This document shows positions 49,462-64,000 of a stretch of 64,000 bases of DNA, piece after piece. Origin of the DNA: Klebsormidium nitens (taxonomy: Eukaryota > Plantae > Klebsormidiophyceae); assembly GCA_000708835.1 (NCBI GenBank), contig DF237336.1, positions 1 through 64,000 on the forward strand, written 5' to 3'. Position numbers and translations under genes: made by a program. The notes below the pieces were generated by a model. It was not told the origin of the DNA. It saw only the letters and a program-made list of their open reading frames with translations, and did not search any database. Each line of letters begins with the position of its first letter. The first letter of the stretch is position 1.

Positions 49462-50019
49462 AGGTTGTTCGCACTAGGGGGAAAATGTTGACGGCGGCGA
49501 CGGCGTCGATTATTTCCCGTTAAAAACTTCGGAAGGCCCGTCGACGGAGCATCGACGGCGGCGACGGAAAGATTGGTAGGTCCCAACTCCCCGGCCGTCG
49601 ACGGAGCAGTGTCCGTCNNNNNNNNNNNNNNNNNNNNNNNNNNNNNNNNNNNNNNNNNNNNNNNNNNNNNNNNNNNNNNNNNNNNNNNNNNNNNNNNNNN
49701 NNNNNNNNNNNNNNNNNNNNNNNNNNNNNNNNNNNNNNNNNNNNNNNNNNNNNNNNNNNNNNNNNNNNNNNNNNNNNNNNNNNNNNNNNNNNNNNNNNNN
49801 NNNNNNNNNNNNNNNNNNNNNNNNNNNNNNNNNNNNNNNNNNNNNNNNNNNNNNNNNNNNNNNNNNNNNNNNNNNNNNNNNNNNNNNNNNNNNNNNNNNN
49901 NNNNNNNNNNNNNNNNNNNNNNNNNNNNNNNNNNNNNNNNNNNNNNNNNNNNNNNNNNNNNNNNNNNNNNNNNNNGGTCCGTCGACGGCGTCAAAAAGAA
50001 ACTTAGGTGCGAACAACCT
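49462..50019. mobile_element. Non-autonomous DNA transposon-like element with 13-bp terminal inverted repeats and subterminal CCGTCGACGG repeats, interrupted by a gap
   Basis: AGGTTGTTCGCAC (49462-49474) and GTGCGAACAACCT (50007-50019) are perfect reverse complements. The palindrome CCGTCGACGG occurs at 49538, 49595 and 49979. Both flanks are CA-repeat-like. Confidence 0.6.
49618..49975. other. Assembly gap (358 N)
   Basis: Run of N inside the TIR-bounded element. Confidence 0.99.
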
Positions 50020-50020
50020 A

Positions 50021-50065
50021 ACACACACACACACACACACTGTCACACACACACACACACACACA
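50021..50065. repeat. (AC)n microsatellite with one interruption
   Basis: Two AC runs separated by TGT at 50041-50043. Confidence 0.92.
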
Positions 50066-50181
50066 GGAAAGGAAGAGCTCTGAAACCTGATTCAACGAAG
50101 AATACAAGTTCAAACAGAAGCCTGCTGAGCGCTTTCAATTCTTAATACTGGCCAATTGCAGCCCCATCAGTTTGGGAAGCC

Positions 50182-58760
<8,579 letters not shown>

Positions 58761-60424
58761 GGATCTGCATTCTTGTGAATTGTGCCGGGTATGGAAGGAC
58801 GATCTGGATTGGCTCAATGATACGGTTCACGACATCCTCCCCGTGTCCAGCAAATCAAAGTCAGTGTCCTGGACTCGAGGGTCCCACAAATGCTTGGTGA
58901 AGCAGTATGTCCATGGGCTCTCACCAAGCGCCTGCTGTCATCAAATGAATGATACGCATATTGCCGAATTGAAGGAACCACAAGATGTCCTCTGTCGCGA
59001 CGCTGTGTATAGAACACCTTGCATGATACACTGAAGCCGCATATAGGCACACATGTGATGTTCATGTCCACATCGTACGAGGTTTTGCTCGGTCGATGAA
59101 CCGACATATACCATCTTCCTGTTTCGATGGTCTCTTTTCAAGTACGCCGTAGCCAAATATAGGCCATATGCTTCTCATGCAATGGGCGTACATGATTGGT
59201 GTCTTTGTGGCTGAATTATGGCCGTCAAATGCTAGTCTTCTATTGCGAAGATGCTCTAGCAGCCATACATGAGTCCGGCCTGATTATGCATCTGTGACTC
59301 ATCTAGCTGTAGCTCTCATTTGAGGTCGGTTTCTGTACAACTCTGCTTACATGGGACTACATACGAGAATGACGCATTGAGACAGAGCACAGCTGTATAA
59401 CATGCGGCTGTTCAACATTATTGCATCGATCCATCTGGCTCTATTCCTCAACACTCGATGGCATGTTCAGAATTTAGTGATTATGAGAAAGAACAGATAC
59501 GTGCATCCAAAAGAAACTCGTGAAGAACTTTTATCAAAGGACTAGCTATATTCGGATTGTATTATCAAGATCAATCAGATCAACAAACAAAGATCCCAAC
59601 ACCAGAACACGGCTCATGATCCAAATGCACGCGCAAGAACAACGAAGAAGTCTTCATTGCACAAGAGACTTATCTTCCATCATCAAGAAAATTGCGCATT
59701 GAAAGAGGTTTGCTGTGCAGCATTTCAGATCACTACATTGTAGTTGACTGGTAAATCTAATCTACAGAATGGCACCAGATTGGACTCGCGGCGAGCAAAC
59801 ATTGCCTGACAGGAAAACAAAGCAGCACCACCAACAGGCAACAATTGCCAGCAATGCAGCAGACGCAAAGCCCAAGGCAAGGAGCCAGGCATCAGAATGT
59901 TCATTGATTTGCCACCATGACACGCAACCCGCATCCAAAAAACCCTTAATGTCCTCTTAGCCCAGCAGACAAAGGGAATTATGAAATGCCAAAATGAATG
60001 GACGCACATTGCATCAGAACATGAAACACCTGGAGTTACTGCATTAAGGCGTGCACCTGTTTATTGGCGTAAATTTTGTTTCTCAGACTAGTTCTCGTTC
60101 TAAGTCCACAAACACCGGGGCGCTCCTAGTTGTCCTAAAATTGGATGCCCCTGATCATACATGTACACGCTGCTCTTTGAACAACTGCCTACTGATACAC
60201 GAGAACCAAGACTGCTGCCCTCCAGAACCAACAGAGTCAACCGCGCTGCTGATTTCCAGAGTGTCTGCACAGATCTTCCAACACGTCTACATTGCGCATC
60301 TGCCGCCTCGCCTAAGGCTACCCCCTTTCGCATTGCTTGATCAGGCACTGTGCTGCAGATTGAGTTGTTCCTGCACCCCTCCCTGTTTGACTGAAACCTA
60401 AATTGTCTTCAATAATTTGCTTGA

Positions 60425-61255
60425 TCAATCAAAGAACCCCGTCTGCTTGAGCACGGCATTCCTGACCTTCTTCGCATCCCGCCCCTTCAGCGTCCTCCCT
60501 GCGCCTTCGTACACTGAAAACACCACCCCGCTCTCCGCATTCTGCCGAGCAATCAGCTCGTGGGGAGGCACAATCCTTCCCAGCTCCTCATCATCTGAGT
60601 CATTATCATCCTTGACCTTTCCATTCTCGTCCCGCTCTGCCAGCCTTCCCCACGCAGGGACATTCACAGGCGCCGACTGCTGCACCATTGGCTGGGAATG
60701 GTCCCCCCTGGTGGGGATCATGCGCATCCCCGTGCTTGGCTGGCCAAAAATACGCTGCGGAGAGGCGTTTGCGTAGCTGCGGAAGGGGGAAAGCAGGGTC
60801 GTCCTGTGCTTGCTAACCGTATTCTCGTCGTTCCAGGAAGCCAATCCCAGGTCCCGTTCTCGTGCTCCCATCCACCGCGGCTGTCTAGAAACCAATCGCA
60901 TGCCGGTCCGCTCATCTTTTGAAAAGTTCAGCCCCTTGGCAACGGGCCCTTCCTGCTGCCAATCCCGCGCCTCGGTCGCCCAAACATCTTCCTCCCTCAA
61001 CTCCCCCCCACTAGAAGACTCCGCTGGACCGTCCATGTCAGAGGCCCCTGACACGCTGGACGACGCCGAGTGGATCCCAACTGGTGCGCCTCCACCCAAC
61101 AGCTTTTCCATCCTGGACGAGGCATAGGATTCTAGACCATTCCCAAAGTACGTGGATGAAGAGGACGCGCCTTTCCTCGAATGCAGGGCAGTCATTACCG
61201 CAGACCCCGCCACCCCCAAGGAGTTCCCAGGCATGGCCAACGCAGATGCCGACAT
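60425..61255 (-). CDS. Senescence regulator S40 (DUF584) family protein, intronless, 276 aa
   Basis: Motifs ELREEDVW, QSAPVNVPAW, VPPHELIAR, and FSVYEGAGRTLKGRDAKKVRNAVLKQTGFFD* at the C-terminus. Confidence 0.9.
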   Translation of the reverse strand: MSASALAMPGNSLGVAGSAVMTALHSRKGASSSSTYFGNGLESYASSRMEKLLGGGAPVGIHSASSSVSGASDMDGPAESSSGGELREEDVWATEARDWQQEGPVAKGLNFSKDERTGMRLVSRQPRWMGARERDLGLASWNDENTVSKHRTTLLSPFRSYANASPQRIFGQPSTGMRMIPTRGDHSQPMVQQSAPVNVPAWGRLAERDENGKVKDDNDSDDEELGRIVPPHELIARQNAESGVVFSVYEGAGRTLKGRDAKKVRNAVLKQTGFFD

Positions 61256-63082
61256 TCTACGGGACGCCGTTGCTTTATTGCCAGGGAAGCAGCCACCAAA
61301 CAGCGTTCCTTCAACCTTGCAATCTCCAAACTTCAGAAGCTTCCCTTCGACAAATCTTTCTCCTTTTGAGCAGATTGGCTGTGTCTGGAAGCAGGCTGGT
61401 ACGTCACACGAGCGCCACGAGCGCCAGACTTGAGCTGCTTGGCTCCAAGCTTGTCTGCCTCGTCAAGATGGTGATCGTCTGCGTCAGGCATCCCCGACAG
61501 CGGGCACCTGGCACGGCGCCGCATACCTAGGCATGTTTTTGGTCGCCCCTATTTCTGCCCGGTTGATGATTCAATCTTTTGGCTTGACTTCGGAGTCGTA
61601 CCTATGACGAAAAGACTGCGCTTCTGCGGGCTTCAACCGGGCCCACAGGCGGGTTCTGGCGCACTTGTAATCATTATAGACTTTCTTGAACCAAATAGGG
61701 TGAGCTGACCTACGGTAGCTGGTTACGAGTTGGCTGTCGGGACCACTAACCCACCTACTTCTCCCTCGATTCCTTCCGGTGGTGGCTCACTGGTTAGAAG
61801 ATAGGTTGAGAACATACCATTTTGGTTTGGGCATGGTCAACTACTGCTGAGAATCTTGATTGGCAGGCTTTGCTCCAATCAAAGAATCCAAAACCGTTCC
61901 AGGCTCCAGAAACATCCACGTGGTGGCCATGTGACCCATAGAAGTTTGTCTGACAGATACCCAAATCTTCGGAGGAGTAAAACTTTTGGAGCCGTCGGAT
62001 TCGGATTGTCAGCAGAATATGGACGACGAAACGTATTTTCAGTAGCCCGCATGTTTGGCTGCCGGCATGTGCCCACGGCCCTGCCAAGGTCGTTTACGCG
62101 CGCACTAAATACACTCAGGCCGCGCTGGCAGCGGGCGCGCAAACCCCGGTGGGGCGCCGGGGCCGCAGGCGACTCGCCGAGGGCCGCGTCCGGCGCGGCC
62201 CGGACCGTGACAGCCAGTTGGCGCGACCTTGCATTTCCCCCCAACTCCTCCTGGGTGCTCGCCCGCCGGATAAGCTATCGGCCATAGGGCCCGGAGCTTC
62301 CAGGAAGGTCCCCAGCCCCGACCATTACCACGCAGAGCCAGACCGTTGCCGCCTTGTGACCATTTACGAGACCCCTGCCCGCCCGGAAATATTGTGTATT
62401 GGGTCTTGCATAGGCATCGAGCCTGCCGTTCCTGAATGAAACGCTTCTGTGACGGTTTTTACCGATTTAGAGCAGCCTTTTGCACTCTTTCTAACCCACA
62501 TAATCGAGCGCTACATCCCTCCGTTTTTCCACTTTCTCTGCTGACTTTCACAGAAAAGGAGCCTCCTCATGCTGGGCTCTTGCAGTTGAAAGCACTCCCT
62601 GGCGATCTCGGGCCTGGGCCTTCTATGCAATCTTGAGTCATGCATGGGCTCCAACGACGGAAAACCTGGCGACCGGTACGAAAATACTCACGGGCAGATG
62701 GGCACCGGCGCACTGTACGTTATCGAAATCGAACGCAGCCAAAACCGGGCACGTGCGCGGGCCCCCCAAAGCGGCGCCATACGGCGGATTTGACCCCCAA
62801 ATGATCACTGGTCACACATGCTTTTTGTAAGTCCACGCAGGACCCGGTCGCCGATGGTAATTAATTTCGGCTGGAAAAGTTGGGTCGGTCACACTACCGG
62901 GTACCGGCCGGGGCTGCCAGTGGCCTGGTCGGGCAATTGCCACGTGACGCACTACCTGCTGGGCTGGTCAGGCCGGCCAGGCTGCCAGGACAAACACCCG
63001 GCGGTGAATCCAGGCGGCTGGTGGCGGAGTTTTCTGGCGAACCGACCCGGCGGCCTGGCTAGCGATTATTGTTTAGTGTGAT

Positions 63083-63114
63083 ATTGTTTTATTGTTTTAT
63101 TGTTTTATTGTTTT
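63083..63114. repeat. (ATTGTTTT)4 tandem repeat
   Basis: Four perfect 8-bp units. Confidence 0.85.
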
Positions 63115-63683
63115 GCCTACTTTTCAGGCATGTGTGACCAGTGTAGTCTGGCTGCGCCACCCCCCTACGGGGGGAGGCATAGTAGCCAATATGGATCATA
63201 CACTTCTGAGAGAAAGCGAACATGAATTGGAATTTTCCAAGCTCCTATGCACTTATACCCCTAGCGCACCTCCAGCCAACAACGAGTGATCTACCTTATC
63301 TTCTTGCAGCTCACAACTATGCATGCATGCACGAGCTGCGGGCCACGTGCATACATGTGAGATTTGTAGCAGCGCCGGGTATGCTCCTCGGGGTACCATC
63401 TGCGTACGCCCGGCCCGGCCGCGCAGTCACAGCCTGGCAGCACATTGCACATGCATCATGGCTGGCGGCATTGTGTGTTGCACATGCAATGAGTGTATAT
63501 ACTGATTGAGCCGATTGGCGCGACCTTACAACGACTCCCATCCAACTCACTGGCATGCGGAGACTCGCCTATCACATAAGCCATCCGCTTTAAAGGCCTG
63601 GCATGCGCGACTGAGGGCCAGGCACTAGATTTACCCTCACCGCGCTCTGACGTCCTGTTCCCATCCAATTCAGAGTTCAAGCC

Positions 63684-63739
63684 TGAGCCTTTCAATCAAT
63701 CCGATCCTAAGTGAGCCTTTCAATCAATCCGATCCTAAG
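63684..63739. repeat. Perfect 28-bp tandem duplication
   Basis: TGAGCCTTTCAATCAATCCGATCCTAAG occurs twice, head to tail. Confidence 0.9.
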
Positions 63740-64000
63740 AATTACAAAGCAGTCCCTCATGCTGAGTATGGTGGAGCCAAGAGTGCAGACCCAAGAATGA
63801 GAAGGTACTTGATGGGATGACCCGAGCACTCAGTAAGTATTTGGTAATTGGCTGTAGCACGCCTAGTCGCAAGAATCGCTGGGGCAACATAATCACTGCA
63901 TGGGACATACATCTGTATGCCAAACCGGACATGTGGTTGTTCCCCCGTTCGTGGGTTTCATCTTCATTTCGAAAACCAATTTGCACTGCTGAATCCTGTG

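Noticed and set aside
61781-61798. GGTGGCTCACTGGTTAGA resembling a tRNA A box or SINE head
   Set aside because: No B box (GTTCRA) at a proper distance and no cloverleaf.
62103-63078. Possible CACTA transposon bounded by CACTAAA...TTTAGTG with GC-rich interior
   Set aside because: The inverted match is only 7 bp, the 3-bp flanks (GCG versus TGA) are not a duplication, and there is no transposase ORF. It may still be decayed repeat DNA.

Overview
Left end of a eukaryotic chromosome or scaffold. It starts with a (TAAAACCC)n telomere (TTTTAGGG type), followed 55 bp later by an intron-containing tRNA-Met gene, and is gene-dense right up to the telomere. The telomere type, plant-like gene families and GC-rich multi-exon genes suggest a streptophyte green alga such as Klebsormidium (inference, not searched). 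I assembled 12 protein-coding genes by hand from GT/GC-AG boundaries, and every model keeps frame: a CHY/RING E3 ligase, organellar ClpB, pyruvate dehydrogenase kinase, an MBOAT wax synthase, a SET-domain methyltransferase, LSm11, a beta-barrel protein resembling cyanobacterial porins, CSP41a, an arabinogalactan-protein-like gene, HVA22-like, NSUN2/TRM4 and an S40 senescence-family gene. The AGP-like and HVA22-like genes are made of small exons and are essentially invisible in the ORF track. The strongest leads are (1) a nuclear gene whose product has the architecture of a cyanobacterial SomA/OprB-type porin plus a Toc75-like polyglycine segment, and (2) a U7-snRNP-specific LSm11 homologue. 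Intergenic DNA holds small inverted-repeat elements, a perfect 46-bp palindrome and three N gaps. No CRISPR array, rRNA or autonomous transposon ORF was found.
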